Below are positions 38,731 to 48,842 of a stretch of 63,529 nucleotides of DNA, in pieces. The notes under the pieces were generated by a model, which saw only the letters and a program-made list of their open reading frames with translations, was not told the DNA's origin and ran no database searches. The stretch covers positions 1 to 63,529 of the forward strand of contig CBDAFS010000006.1 of the NCBI GenBank assembly GCA_965195285.1, in the 5' to 3' direction. Origin of the DNA: an uncultured Aminicenantes bacterium. Its GTDB lineage: Bacteria; Acidobacteriota; Aminicenantia; UBA2199. A program made the position numbers and the translations under genes. Each line of letters begins with the position of its first letter. Position 1 is the stretch's first letter.

Positions 38731-40838
38731 ATATCAGGTTAAAACTTTTTCTTTCATTTATTGTTATTGCCCTTCTATCGTCTTTTTTAGCAACCATTTT
38801 TTCTATTTATTCCATTTCACATAATTATGAAGAAACAGCTATCGAGGAAACCCTATTTAAAAAAAATAATGTTGAAAATATATTTTATGAATATCTGGGT
38901 GACCTGACCCGGAAAGCAGTCTTTATCTCAGAGTTGAGTGATGTGGTCAGTAATATTGAAAACCCAAATGATCTTTTTATTATGCTTGAGGATAAAGGAT
39001 TTTTTCTTTACAACATCAACACCAAAATTATCGACCCGGAGTTACGGGTTATAACATCCTTTGAGAATTCTTCAGAAAGTCTTTTTTCAGAAAAAAAATT
39101 AAAGGAGCTTCCATTTTTTAAAGAGGACAAGGATCCTTTAATCCGGGATACAGGCCTCTTTGAATTTAACAATCAAATATGTATATTAACGGTTTCTCCA
39201 ATCGTTGATCCGACAAACTTTAAATTCAAAGGTTATGTTTTTTTTGAATTCTACCTGAATTCTGAATTTGCCGATCAGTTAAAGGAGAAATCCGGATGCG
39301 AAATTATCATTACATCCAGCAAAGAAAAACTTGCATCCTCTTTCCAGGATGATGAAGGTAAACGTTTTTTTCCTTTATTTTCTGATGATTATGGGAAAAA
39401 GGGTAAAAGACTGGAGATATTTAAGGAAAATTATCTAATTGATACTTTCCAGATTTTTGATTATTTTGAAAAGAATATCGGTGCCATTTCGATTGCAGTT
39501 AATATAAAAAACATTGTGGTTGCCAAAAGTGAACAAATAACCAATCTCATAATTGTTGTTTTCATTGTGCTCATATTGGTTCTTGTGATCAGCCTTTTTA
39601 TTGGTCGAATACTCACGCGTCCGATTTTATTGCTGTCCCAGAGTGCGGAATCTATTTCCAAGGGGAAGTATGATGTAGAAGTTGATCTTAATTCCAAAGA
39701 TGAAATCGGTCATTTATCCGAAGTCTTTTCAAAGATGGCTACATCCCTTAAATCCCAGAGGGAAGAGATTCTTGATTTAAAGATGTTTTTTGAAAAGGTT
39801 ATAACCAATTCCCCCTCTGCCCTGATTATCTGTGATGAAATAGGGGGAATTATCAATATCAATCCGGCTGCAGAAAAAATCTTTAAGCTGGATTTTAATG
39901 ATATTAAAGGTAAAGATGTTTTTGAATCTTTTCACTTCCCTCCTTCAATCAAGGCAGATTTTTATAAGGTCATTTTTAGCGGAAACCCTGCCTATCATGA
40001 TTCCTATTCGCTTTTTTTACCCAGCAAAGAGGAAAAGATATTTCGGTTGACCCTTTATAAGATAATACTGAAAAAAGGGGTATCGGTTGCCATGCAAATC
40101 GAGGATGTGACTGAAAGATTGCAGATGGAAGAGGAATTGACCCATGCCCAGAAATTGGGAACACTTGGAGAAGTTTTGGGCCGTTTTACTCATGAGTTCA
40201 ATAACTTGATGACCGGAATTATCGGGCATATCAGTCTGCTGAGACTGGAAACCGAAAAAAGTGACGCCAGGTATTCTCGAATTGCAGCCATTGAAGAGTT
40301 GGCTTCTAAAGCACATAATCTCGGTAAGAATATTCTGGGTTTTTCAAGAAAAGAAAAATATGAAGCCGAAAGAGTCAATATTACCGAACTGATTGATTCG
40401 GTTTTAAATTTGATTGAAAAAACAGTTTTGAAAAATGTAAAGATTGAAAAAAAATATTCTGATGATGTTCTGGATATAGTTTTCAATAAGGAAAGGCTCT
40501 CATTGGCATTTTTTAATTTGCTGATCAATGCCAAGGATGCCATAACCGAAGCCGGAGTATCGACAGGAAGGATTTCCATTCAGGTGGAACTTGAAACCGA
40601 GAAGACAACAAGTAATAAATATGTAAAAATTTGTTTTAGTGACAATGGTATTGGGATTAATAATAAAAATCTGGATAAGATTTTTCTGCCCTATTTTTCC
40701 ACCAAAGGACGAAAGGGAACCGGGATCGGCCTTTCCACGGTTAAACAAATTGTTGAGAGCTGCGATGGAAAAATTTCTGTTTCCAGCAGATTTAAGTATG
40801 GGGCAACTTTTTGTATTAAAATTCCCTCTGCCCAATAA
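38727..40838 (+). CDS. membrane sensor histidine kinase (periplasmic sensor, HAMP, PAS, HisKA, HATPase)
   Basis: 2 TM, DEIG HAMP, HEFNN, NLLINA, DNGIG, GTGIGL; ATGA overlap with the SBP gene. Confidence 0.93.
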   Translation: MNIRLKLFLSFIVIALLSSFLATIFSIYSISHNYEETAIEETLFKKNNVENIFYEYLGDLTRKAVFISELSDVVSNIENPNDLFIMLEDKGFFLYNINTKIIDPELRVITSFENSSESLFSEKKLKELPFFKEDKDPLIRDTGLFEFNNQICILTVSPIVDPTNFKFKGYVFFEFYLNSEFADQLKEKSGCEIIITSSKEKLASSFQDDEGKRFFPLFSDDYGKKGKRLEIFKENYLIDTFQIFDYFEKNIGAISIAVNIKNIVVAKSEQITNLIIVVFIVLILVLVISLFIGRILTRPILLLSQSAESISKGKYDVEVDLNSKDEIGHLSEVFSKMATSLKSQREEILDLKMFFEKVITNSPSALIICDEIGGIININPAAEKIFKLDFNDIKGKDVFESFHFPPSIKADFYKVIFSGNPAYHDSYSLFLPSKEEKIFRLTLYKIILKKGVSVAMQIEDVTERLQMEEELTHAQKLGTLGEVLGRFTHEFNNLMTGIIGHISLLRLETEKSDARYSRIAAIEELASKAHNLGKNILGFSRKEKYEAERVNITELIDSVLNLIEKTVLKNVKIEKKYSDDVLDIVFNKERLSLAFFNLLINAKDAITEAGVSTGRISIQVELETEKTTSNKYVKICFSDNGIGINNKNLDKIFLPYFSTKGRKGTGIGLSTVKQIVESCDGKISVSSRFKYGATFCIKIPSAQ

Positions 40839-40996
40839 TACAATTCGGTAAGGTCACAGATTTTTCCCACCTATTTTCAGGACATGACCGGTTAAATTGG
40901 AATTATAGTATTCGTTTTTGATCCATGATTAAATGGATATAGAAAGATATTGCGGGAGGTGAGAATGGATTGATATCTGAACGGGATAAATGTGGA

Positions 40997-41200
40997 TTAT
41001 TCTACTAAATTCACATTTGATGCTTGAGGACCCTTATCACTGTCAACAATTTCAAATGTGACTTTTTGACCTTCTTCCAAACTTTTGAATCCGTCTCCTT
41101 CAATACTTGAAAAATGAACGAAGACATCGTCGCCCTCGTCCCTCTCAATAAAACCAAACCCTTTTTTAGGGTCAAACCATTTTACTTTTCCTTCAAACAT
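40997..41200 (-). CDS. csp: cold-shock protein
   Basis: GKVKWF, KGFGFI, VFVHF. Confidence 0.96.
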   Translation of the reverse strand: MFEGKVKWFDPKKGFGFIERDEGDDVFVHFSSIEGDGFKSLEEGQKVTFEIVDSDKGPQASNVNLVE

Positions 41201-41323
41201 ATATAATCCTTATCAATTTAAGTACTTGTTACAATCAATTTGATTATAATGAGAAAATTGAAAAAGTCAAGGCTTTTTCAGATTTGCCTCCTGAAAATTC
41301 CATTGGATTCGGGCTGGATTTTG

Positions 41324-42238
41324 TCAAATTAATATCGATAATTCCTTGGGAAGGACCTTGAGTTTCAAAGGGGTTTCACCCAGCAATTCTCCATCTGCCA
41401 TAAAAAGTTGTTGGGGATCAGCGGTTATCTGGATTTCTTTGGCATTAAATACTTCTACCCGGTCATGATGGATATGATTCCCCTTGAAAACATTCATGAA
41501 AATATTGATGATATCTCTTCTATTGACTTCCTTGAAAACAATGATATCTACTTTTCCATCATCGGTTTCAGCCATGGGGGCCATTTTCATCTTGCCTCCA
41601 GTATATTTGGAGTTGGATATGGCCAATGCACTGTCTTTTAATTCCATGGATTGCTGGTCGGCTTTCAGGGTGAAGTGATTGTCAATCCCCTTAAATAATC
41701 GGATCAAGACGGCCAGGCTATAGCCCATGGACCCGAATCCCTTGAGCTTTTCATTGGTGAGTTTTAAGATATCGGCTATCAAACCGATACCCATAATATT
41801 CAGACAATATTGCTTGATCGGTCCGTTTTTGTTGTATTGGAATTCAATCAAATCCACTTGTCTGCATTTTCCATCCAGTATTGCCCGCACACAATTTTCT
41901 TCATCGGGATTATCCATGAAATCGCGAAGAAAAGAGTTTCCTGTACCGGATGGTATCATGCCCAACTGAATCTCGTATTCCGGTTTCCCAGAAGAATAGA
42001 GCCCATTGATGAGCTCAAAGGGAGTACCATCGCCCCCGATGGTGATGATTTTCTGATACCCTTCTCGAATGGCATTTTGGCCGATTTCATATATATGGCC
42101 CGGATAGAGTGATGTTTCAACCTTAAGGGAATCAATGTTTTTTTTGAGAAGAGAATGAATTTTTGAAAATATTTTTTTACCCTTGCCTTTCCCGGCTGCC
42201 GGATTGAGAATAAGCAGGGTTTTCATCTGGCTGGTCAT
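41324..42238 (-). CDS. diacylglycerol kinase family (YegS/BmrU) lipid kinase
   Basis: NPAAG, GGDGT, GTGN, DGE; start uncertain. Confidence 0.9.
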   Translation of the reverse strand: MTSQMKTLLILNPAAGKGKGKKIFSKIHSLLKKNIDSLKVETSLYPGHIYEIGQNAIREGYQKIITIGGDGTPFELINGLYSSGKPEYEIQLGMIPSGTGNSFLRDFMDNPDEENCVRAILDGKCRQVDLIEFQYNKNGPIKQYCLNIMGIGLIADILKLTNEKLKGFGSMGYSLAVLIRLFKGIDNHFTLKADQQSMELKDSALAISNSKYTGGKMKMAPMAETDDGKVDIIVFKEVNRRDIINIFMNVFKGNHIHHDRVEVFNAKEIQITADPQQLFMADGELLGETPLKLKVLPKELSILI

Positions 42239-42339
42239 TAACAATTTATAGCATAATGAAAATTGATTTTCAAATTGGTTTTATTGAATGGTTGAATCCC
42301 AATCAAATTTGTATTACATTTGAAGATGGGATTTATAAA

Positions 42340-43056
42340 ATGAATATTGTATCCATAAACTCTCTGCTGGAAAGTTTAAATGGAGATCAGGCATTTCAGC
42401 GGATTTTTATCAGTCAGGACCGCAAGGATAAAAAAATTGATCTGATCAAGCAATTATGCCGTCAGAAGGGAGTGATTTTTCAAATGGTACCCCAGAGTGC
42501 CATTGATCGAAAAGCAGGGAAACAAAATCAGGGTATATTTGCTCAGCTACCGCCTGTCCGATTTTTTACTGTTTCAGAAATTCTGAATGACATCCGGACC
42601 GGGTTGATTCTCATCCTGGATCAATTGAATGATATGGGAAATGTCGGGGCCATAATCAGAAGCGCTGTTGCTGCCGGCGTGGATGGAATCATTGTTTCTT
42701 CTCGAAGATCAGCTCCAATCAATGAAACCGTATTGAAAACCTCTGCTGGTAGCCTGATACAGGCCAGGATTATTCTGTCAAAAAATTTGGCTACCGATAT
42801 TCGAATTTTGAAAGAAAGGAATTTTTGGGTGGTGGGAACCGATGTCCGTGAGGGAAGTGACTATACCGAGTTTAATTTCAAATATAATACAGCTCTCATT
42901 ATTGGAAATGAAGAGAAGGGTATATCTACAATGCTAAAGAAAATGTCGGATTTTTTAATAACCATTCCCCATTCATCAAAAGTCGAATCATTAAATGTGT
43001 CGGTTTCAACAGCGGTTATTTTGTTCGAGGCCCTCAGGCAGAAAAGTAAACCTTGA
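42340..43056 (+). CDS. rlmB: 23S rRNA Gm2251 methyltransferase (SpoU)
   Basis: N.GAIIRSA, GNEEKG, ESLNVS; start probably ATG 42340. Confidence 0.88.
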   Translation: MNIVSINSLLESLNGDQAFQRIFISQDRKDKKIDLIKQLCRQKGVIFQMVPQSAIDRKAGKQNQGIFAQLPPVRFFTVSEILNDIRTGLILILDQLNDMGNVGAIIRSAVAAGVDGIIVSSRRSAPINETVLKTSAGSLIQARIILSKNLATDIRILKERNFWVVGTDVREGSDYTEFNFKYNTALIIGNEEKGISTMLKKMSDFLITIPHSSKVESLNVSVSTAVILFEALRQKSKP

Positions 43057-43120
43057 AAAGACCGGTTTCATTTGAGAAAAAATTGGTGTATAGTTTATTG
43101 CAGGCTATCAATATCGGGGA

Positions 43121-43921
43121 ATGAGAAGCAGAATGAGTTTTAAAAAAATCGAGATTCTGAAAAAAAAAATAAAAGACTATCAAAAAGTGGCGGTTGCTTT
43201 TTCCGGTGGAAAGGATTCTTTTTTCTTATTGAAGATGTCGGTTGAATCCCTGGGCAAACAAAATGTCATGGCTTTTTTTGCCGTTAGTCCCTTTACTTCC
43301 ATGAACGATCAAAAGAGGATTGATTATTTAAGGAAGCAACTGGATTTCGATTTGAAAACCCTTATGGTGGATTTTACCCCGGAAAAAAATATTTGGTCTA
43401 ATCCGAGAGATCGATGTTATCACTGCAAAAAGTTTATATTCAAACATATTCAGAGAGAAGCCCAAAAAAAGGGATTCAATACTCTATTTGATGGCACTTC
43501 ATTTTCAGATCTGTCTGAATATCGGCCGGGCTTGATGGCTGTTGAAGAGCTGCAGATTGTTTCCCCCTTAAAAGATTCGGGGATTAAATCTGAGGAAATA
43601 GTAAACTACTTGGCTCAAAACGAAATTGAGCCATATTATTTGTCATCTTCAACCTGCCTGGCCACTCGGTTTCCCTATGATGTGAATTTGTCTAAAGCAG
43701 ATATCCGGAAATTTGACGAAATAGAGTCATATTTGCTTGAATTGAATGTCTTTCCGGTCCGGGTCAGGTATATTTCCCAGGGAATTCGGATTGAAACCGG
43801 CGAAAGTCATTTTAAAGAAATACTGAATTCAAAGAGAGAGTTGATTGCCTTTTGTGAAAGAAGGGGATTCAAATTCATCACTCTGGATATCGGTGGCTTG
43901 AAATCCGGATCCTGGGATTGA
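43121..43921 (+). CDS. larE: LarE-like PP-loop sulfur transferase
   Basis: AFSGGKDS, CYHCK, RPG, CLATRFPY. Confidence 0.8.
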   Translation: MRSRMSFKKIEILKKKIKDYQKVAVAFSGGKDSFFLLKMSVESLGKQNVMAFFAVSPFTSMNDQKRIDYLRKQLDFDLKTLMVDFTPEKNIWSNPRDRCYHCKKFIFKHIQREAQKKGFNTLFDGTSFSDLSEYRPGLMAVEELQIVSPLKDSGIKSEEIVNYLAQNEIEPYYLSSSTCLATRFPYDVNLSKADIRKFDEIESYLLELNVFPVRVRYISQGIRIETGESHFKEILNSKRELIAFCERRGFKFITLDIGGLKSGSWD

Positions 43922-43946
43922 CAAAACCTCCATTTTTTTGTATGAT
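43918..43946 (+). promoter_or_regulatory. sigma70 promoter of rpsT
   Basis: TTGACA-17-TATGAT. Confidence 0.7.
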
Positions 43947-43973
43947 AGGGTTTAAATTACCGGAGGATTAACC

Positions 43974-44246
43974 ATGGCAACTCACGAATCGGCTGAAAAG
44001 AAGTATAGACGAGATGAGAAGAGAAAAATGATCAATAAAATGAATCGCTCCAAGATGAGAAATAAAATCAAGTTATTCAGAGCCAAAATAAAAGCCGGTG
44101 AGGTTGAGGAAGCCCAGAAGATGTTCCCTGAAGTCATAGCCAGTATTGATAAAACCATTTCCAAGGGTACCATTCACCAGAATACAGGTGCCAGATATAA
44201 ATCCAGATTGAATGTTTTATTAATGAATACAGGTGCCAAAACCTAG
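43974..44246 (+). CDS. rpsT: 30S ribosomal protein S20
   Basis: H.SA.K, IDK..SKG.IH.N..ARYKSRL. Confidence 0.95.
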   Translation: MATHESAEKKYRRDEKRKMINKMNRSKMRNKIKLFRAKIKAGEVEEAQKMFPEVIASIDKTISKGTIHQNTGARYKSRLNVLLMNTGAKT

Positions 44247-44249
44247 TTT

Positions 44250-45011
44250 TTGATGGACCTTCCCCGGGGTTATATATCTTACAGTCAGATTAATACGTAC
44301 CAGAATTGTCCCCAGAAATATTTCTATTCCTATATTGAGGAGAAGGATATTCCTTTAAATGAGAAAATCCTGCTGGGCATTGTCTTTCATTCTACCTTGG
44401 AATACTTTTTCAATAAAAAGATTGAAGGTAAGCAAGTTAAAAAGGAAAAGCTTATCAATGTGTTCCAATCCAAATTTGAGTCACTGTGTATTGAAAAAGA
44501 TGTAATCTGGGATGGTAATCGCCAGGAAATAGGAAACCGGGGGATACGATTTCTCGATTATTTTATCACTGTTTTGGCTCCCCATATTAATCCCCTGATG
44601 GTTGAAAAGAAACTGGAAATCAAAATAGATGAAATGGATGTGATGCTGAAGGGTATCATTGATCTGGTTGAGCAGGACTATACCATAACCGATTTTAAGA
44701 CCACCAACTCCAAATGGTCTAACAGCCGGATGAAACGCTCCTATCTTCAGATGGTCATTTACAAATATTTGTTTGAAAAATCCTTTGGGACCATGAATCC
44801 GGAACTGAAACTGAAAATACTTTATTCCAGCAAAAAAAATGAGATTGGTCATCAGGAAGTTATCCTGAAACCCGGTGATATAGATCTGGGTAAGATGTTT
44901 AAGATCATCCAGTATGTGGTGGATAATATTCGAAAGGAGATATTCTATAGAAACGAAAGTTATTTTTGTGGTTTCTGTGAATTTAAGCCTATTTGTTTTC
45001 AGTCCAAATAA
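44250..45011 (+). CDS. PD-(D/E)XK RecB/Cas4-like nuclease with Fe-S Cys motif
   Basis: SYSQI..Y..CP, GIID, DFKT, Q..IY, C..C.F...C. Confidence 0.85.
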   Translation: MMDLPRGYISYSQINTYQNCPQKYFYSYIEEKDIPLNEKILLGIVFHSTLEYFFNKKIEGKQVKKEKLINVFQSKFESLCIEKDVIWDGNRQEIGNRGIRFLDYFITVLAPHINPLMVEKKLEIKIDEMDVMLKGIIDLVEQDYTITDFKTTNSKWSNSRMKRSYLQMVIYKYLFEKSFGTMNPELKLKILYSSKKNEIGHQEVILKPGDIDLGKMFKIIQYVVDNIRKEIFYRNESYFCGFCEFKPICFQSK

Positions 45012-45029
45012 ATTGCATGTGAGGGGAAA

Positions 45030-45224
45030 ATGAAAAAACTCATGAGATCCCGAAAGGATAAAATGATTGCCGGAGTTTGCGGAGGTATTGCCGATTATTT
45101 TAACATGGATCCCACTCTGGTCAGAATCATCTATGTTTTGGTTTCGATTTTCAGCATTGCCTTTCCCGGTATTCTGGTTTATATCATTTTATGGTTGGTT
45201 ATTCCTGAATCTGAAGTCAGCTAA
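45030..45224 (+). CDS. pspC: PspC domain protein
   Basis: L.RSR.D.MIAGVCGGIA.YF..DPT.VR. Confidence 0.93.
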   Translation: MKKLMRSRKDKMIAGVCGGIADYFNMDPTLVRIIYVLVSIFSIAFPGILVYIILWLVIPESEVS

Positions 45225-45348
45225 TCATTTTTTTCCGGTTCATTGGCCGACAGGACTATTATTACTCGAGCCGCTTGACAATAATTTTTATTGGTTTAAA
45301 CTTAATTTTATTTTAAAAGCTAAGATTGATATGATTTGAGGAGACAAG

Positions 45349-45927
45349 ATGAAGATTGAAATAGAATCAGAACATTTGAATGGATTGGTGGTCCTGTCCC
45401 CGGAAGTATTTGAAGATGCGCGTGGCTTTTTTCTGGAATCCTTCCGTGCCGATCAATTTAAAGAATTGGGGCTGCCCCATACCTTTGTACAGGACAATCA
45501 TTCCGGTTCCCAAAAAGGAGTTATAAGGGGCTTGCATTTTCAATGGAATCCTCCCATGGGAAAATTAATGCGGGTGACGGCGGGGAAAGCATTTCTGGTT
45601 GCTGTTGATATCCGCAAAGGTTCTCCAAGTCTGGGTGATTGGTTCGGTGTTGAGGTGTCTGAAGAAAACAAGAAGCAGGTTTGGGCTCCAGCAGGTTTTG
45701 CCAGAGGTTTTTGTGTTCTTTCAGATTTTGCCGAAATCCTATATAAATGCACCGGAACATACAACAATCAAGGGGAATCGGGAATTCTATGGAATGATCC
45801 GGAAATCGGAATTGAATGGCCTGTAATTGATCCTGTGCTTTCGGATAAAGACAGGCAAGCCCAAACACTTTCCCAATGGTTAAATAATAAGGAGTCTGAT
45901 TTTTTTCGTTATGAGGACAAGGAGTAA
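45349..45927 (+). CDS. rmlC: dTDP-4-dehydrorhamnose 3,5-epimerase
   Basis: D.RGFF, QDNHS, RGLHFQ, WNDP. Confidence 0.95.
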   Translation: MKIEIESEHLNGLVVLSPEVFEDARGFFLESFRADQFKELGLPHTFVQDNHSGSQKGVIRGLHFQWNPPMGKLMRVTAGKAFLVAVDIRKGSPSLGDWFGVEVSEENKKQVWAPAGFARGFCVLSDFAEILYKCTGTYNNQGESGILWNDPEIGIEWPVIDPVLSDKDRQAQTLSQWLNNKESDFFRYEDKE

Positions 45928-45931
45928 TAAA

Positions 45932-46894
45932 ATGAAAATTCTGGTTGTCGGAGGGGCCGGTTATATCGGATCGGTTTTGCTCCCTGAGCTTCTTGAAAGG
46001 GGGTATGATATAGATGTCATTGATCTTTTCTGGTTTGGAAATCACTTGCCACCGGGGATCAATGCAATCAACAAGGATATTTTCGATCTTAAGGAAAAAG
46101 ATTTGGAATCCTATGAAATCGTTGTTTTCATGGCTGGTCTTTCAAATGATCCCATGGCTGAATATGCACCGGCTGAAAATTTTATTTCCAATGCATCGGC
46201 ACCCGCTTTTCTGGGTTATATTGCCAAAAAGGCCGGAGTAAGACGGTTTATTTACGCTGGCTCATGTTCTGTTTATGGTTATACGGTGAATGAGTTGTAT
46301 GATGAAGAATCTCCGGCCATTTCCGATTATCCATACGGAATATCCAAATTGCAGGGTGAAAATTCAGTGATGCAGATGAATAGCGGTTCTTTTTCGGTTA
46401 TTGCTTTTCGTCAGGGTACTGTAAGTGGATACAGTCCCAGGATGAGATTGGATTTGGTTGTGAATACCATGTTTAAAACAGCGGTAATGGAAAAAACAAT
46501 AATGGTAAATAATCCGGCTATCTGGAGGCCTGTATTGAGTATCCAGGATGCCGCCACCGCTTATATCCGAGCCATAGAGGCCAATACTGATATTTCAGGT
46601 GTGTTTAACATTGCTTCTGGAAATTATACCGTGGGAGAAATCGGAGACCTGGTAAAGAGCGGGATTAAGCGTAATCTAAATCTTGAAATAAAATTAAATA
46701 TAAAGTATATAGAGGACTACCGGAATTACAAGGTGAGTATTGAGAAGGCAAAAAAGGTCCTCAGTTTCCACCCCAAATATGATGTGGATGATATTGTTGA
46801 AAATCTGGTAGAAAACCTGGAAAAATTCAAAGATTTTGAAAACCCCAACTACTACAATATTCAGGTTTTCAAAAAACTCAAGAACAAGGGATGA
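45932..46894 (+). CDS. extended SDR NAD-dependent epimerase/dehydratase
   Basis: GGAGYIGS, YGISK, MRLDLVVN; start ATG 45932. Confidence 0.9.
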   Translation: MKILVVGGAGYIGSVLLPELLERGYDIDVIDLFWFGNHLPPGINAINKDIFDLKEKDLESYEIVVFMAGLSNDPMAEYAPAENFISNASAPAFLGYIAKKAGVRRFIYAGSCSVYGYTVNELYDEESPAISDYPYGISKLQGENSVMQMNSGSFSVIAFRQGTVSGYSPRMRLDLVVNTMFKTAVMEKTIMVNNPAIWRPVLSIQDAATAYIRAIEANTDISGVFNIASGNYTVGEIGDLVKSGIKRNLNLEIKLNIKYIEDYRNYKVSIEKAKKVLSFHPKYDVDDIVENLVENLEKFKDFENPNYYNIQVFKKLKNKG

Positions 46895-46928
46895 ACAACT
46901 CATTGTTTCCAATCCTAGAGATTGCCCC

Positions 46929-47786
46929 ATGACAAGGAAAATTTGCGTAATCGGTGCCAATGGCCAACTGGGTTCTGATATTTGTCATTCCTTTGAGAAA
47001 AATGGTGATCAGATTTTTGGTTTGGATCATATAAGTATTGAAATAACCGATATAAATACAGTAAAAAAGGTGCTGCATGAGATCCACGCCGATTTGGTTA
47101 TCAATACCGCAGCCATGCATCATGTGGGAAATTGTGAGGTCGATCCCCAGAAGGCTTTTCTGGTCAATGGAATTGGTTCCAGAAATCTTGCTCTGATCTG
47201 CCGGGAAATCCAGAGTCCCCTGGTTCACATCAGCACAGATTATGTTTTTGACGGCAAAAAGGAAACCCCTTATATTGAAACCGATAGGCCGGTTCCCCTG
47301 AATGTTTACGGAAATACCAAGCTTTCCGGTGAGTATTTTATCGAATCAATTGCTGAAAAATTTTTTATATTAAGGGTATCGGGTATTTATGGTAAAAACC
47401 CCTGCCGGGCCAAGGGGAGTAATTTTGCGCAGACCATGTTAAGATTGGCTAAAGAAAAAAGTGAAATCCGGGTTGTTGATGATGAAATACTGACCCCCAC
47501 CTTTACCGGGGATATTGCTGACCAGATTGTTAAACTTCTCAGTGGTGTGTCTGAGTATGGTCTATATCATGTTACTGCAGAAGGGGAATGTTCATGGTAT
47601 GAATTTGCAGCTGAAATTTTTTCGATTACAGGAACCGATGTGGTCTTAAATCCCGCCGAACCCGGTGAATTTGCCGGAAATGTAATGAGACCCAAACGTT
47701 GTGTGCTGGAGAACAGACATTTAAAAGACCAAAATCTCAATATGATGTCCCATTGGAAAGAAGGGCTAAGAAGATATTTGACCTGA
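46929..47786 (+). CDS. rmlD: dTDP-4-dehydrorhamnose reductase
   Basis: GANGQLG, ISTDYVFDG, YGNTK; start ATG 46929. Confidence 0.95.
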   Translation: MTRKICVIGANGQLGSDICHSFEKNGDQIFGLDHISIEITDINTVKKVLHEIHADLVINTAAMHHVGNCEVDPQKAFLVNGIGSRNLALICREIQSPLVHISTDYVFDGKKETPYIETDRPVPLNVYGNTKLSGEYFIESIAEKFFILRVSGIYGKNPCRAKGSNFAQTMLRLAKEKSEIRVVDDEILTPTFTGDIADQIVKLLSGVSEYGLYHVTAEGECSWYEFAAEIFSITGTDVVLNPAEPGEFAGNVMRPKRCVLENRHLKDQNLNMMSHWKEGLRRYLT

Positions 47787-47795
47787 ATAAAGATC

Positions 47796-47830
47796 AAAAA
47801 AAATAGGGTTGGGATAACCCAACCCTATTT
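47796..47830. terminator. intrinsic terminator, stronger on the minus strand
   Basis: 13-bp perfect stem AAATAGGGTTGGG-ATAA-CCCAACCCTATTT with an A8 tract on the left. Confidence 0.85.
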
Positions 47831-47868
47831 ATCAAAAATGATTTTGACAAGACACACACAGTGTCTAT
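47796..47868 (-). ncRNA. candidate ~70-nt three-hairpin small RNA
   Basis: TTGAAA-16-TATACT (47900-47873) upstream; hairpins AGACAC/GTGTCT, TCAAAA/TTTTGA, then the terminator. Confidence 0.35.
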
Positions 47869-47980
47869 TTTAAGTATATTTCAAAATAAATTTTTTTCAA
47901 ATAAAAAATTTATTTTATTTTTTTGTCTTGACCAAACGATTTACTTTAGCCTGGAAATCTTTGATTTTTGGAGTGCAATT

Positions 47981-48835
47981 CTATTCGGCTTCTGAGGAAA
48001 AGGCCATGAGATTGACCTCGGTATTCATCAGTATCGCCTTTAGATAATATTTTAAGATAATGAATATTTGATAAATAAAAACCATTATATAAACAGGAAG
48101 TCTGTTTTCAATTTGATTCAGCATAATAGAAAACAGTAAATGTAGAGCACCTGTTAAAGCAATGATGGTGGTGAAAATAACCAGCATCGACACTTTCCTG
48201 GACCATACAAAAGCCAGACCCTTTCTGAAGCAAAATAAAATATTTCGCTCATGTTTAATCTTGATGATTCTGGAAAAATCATATACGGCCGTGGCAAAAA
48301 TCATGATCAAGGCGGTAATAATTATCCACAGGTAGAAAATTAGCTGAACCAGTATCGCATTTCCGATCTGATCCCGCATTTTCAAAATTAGATATAACAG
48401 AAATCCGGAAGCAAAAACGGCCAGAGAGAAGTTTATCAAATTAATAAGAAAAATTTTCAGGAATTTAAAAAAATTGGCAACCGAAAAGGAAAACAGATTT
48501 TTGAACGTTGCTTTTTCTTCATTGGCGAATACTGAATAAATACCGGCAGAGATAAAAATTGAAATGAAACCAAATACCAGAAAAAAAATGAAAACAAAGG
48601 TTGAAAGTATTGTCAAACTTGGGCTACTGGTATGGAAAATGTCGATGAGAATTTCCAGGCAGTCCTGAGAACCAAATCGGTTTGAAATAATAGATTTCTC
48701 GGTAAAGGCTGAGACAAATTGGTATAGAAAATAAAAAAGGGTTATGCTGATAACAAAATTGAACATCCATATGTAGAATGCCACTTTCAGGTTTTGAATT
48801 GTAATGCTCTTCAAGAGTGACTTGATTAATCCCAT
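47981..48835 (-). CDS. multi-pass membrane protein
   Basis: About 6 hydrophobic helices; follows the M1 peptidase gene. Confidence 0.8.
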   Translation of the reverse strand: MGLIKSLLKSITIQNLKVAFYIWMFNFVISITLFYFLYQFVSAFTEKSIISNRFGSQDCLEILIDIFHTSSPSLTILSTFVFIFFLVFGFISIFISAGIYSVFANEEKATFKNLFSFSVANFFKFLKIFLINLINFSLAVFASGFLLYLILKMRDQIGNAILVQLIFYLWIIITALIMIFATAVYDFSRIIKIKHERNILFCFRKGLAFVWSRKVSMLVIFTTIIALTGALHLLFSIMLNQIENRLPVYIMVFIYQIFIILKYYLKAILMNTEVNLMAFSSEAE

Positions 48836-48842
48836 TTTAATT

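Noticed and set aside
44250-45011. CRISPR-Cas locus suggested by the Cas4-like gene (and the CHAT/sigma module)
   Set aside because: No repeat-spacer array or other cas genes in the window
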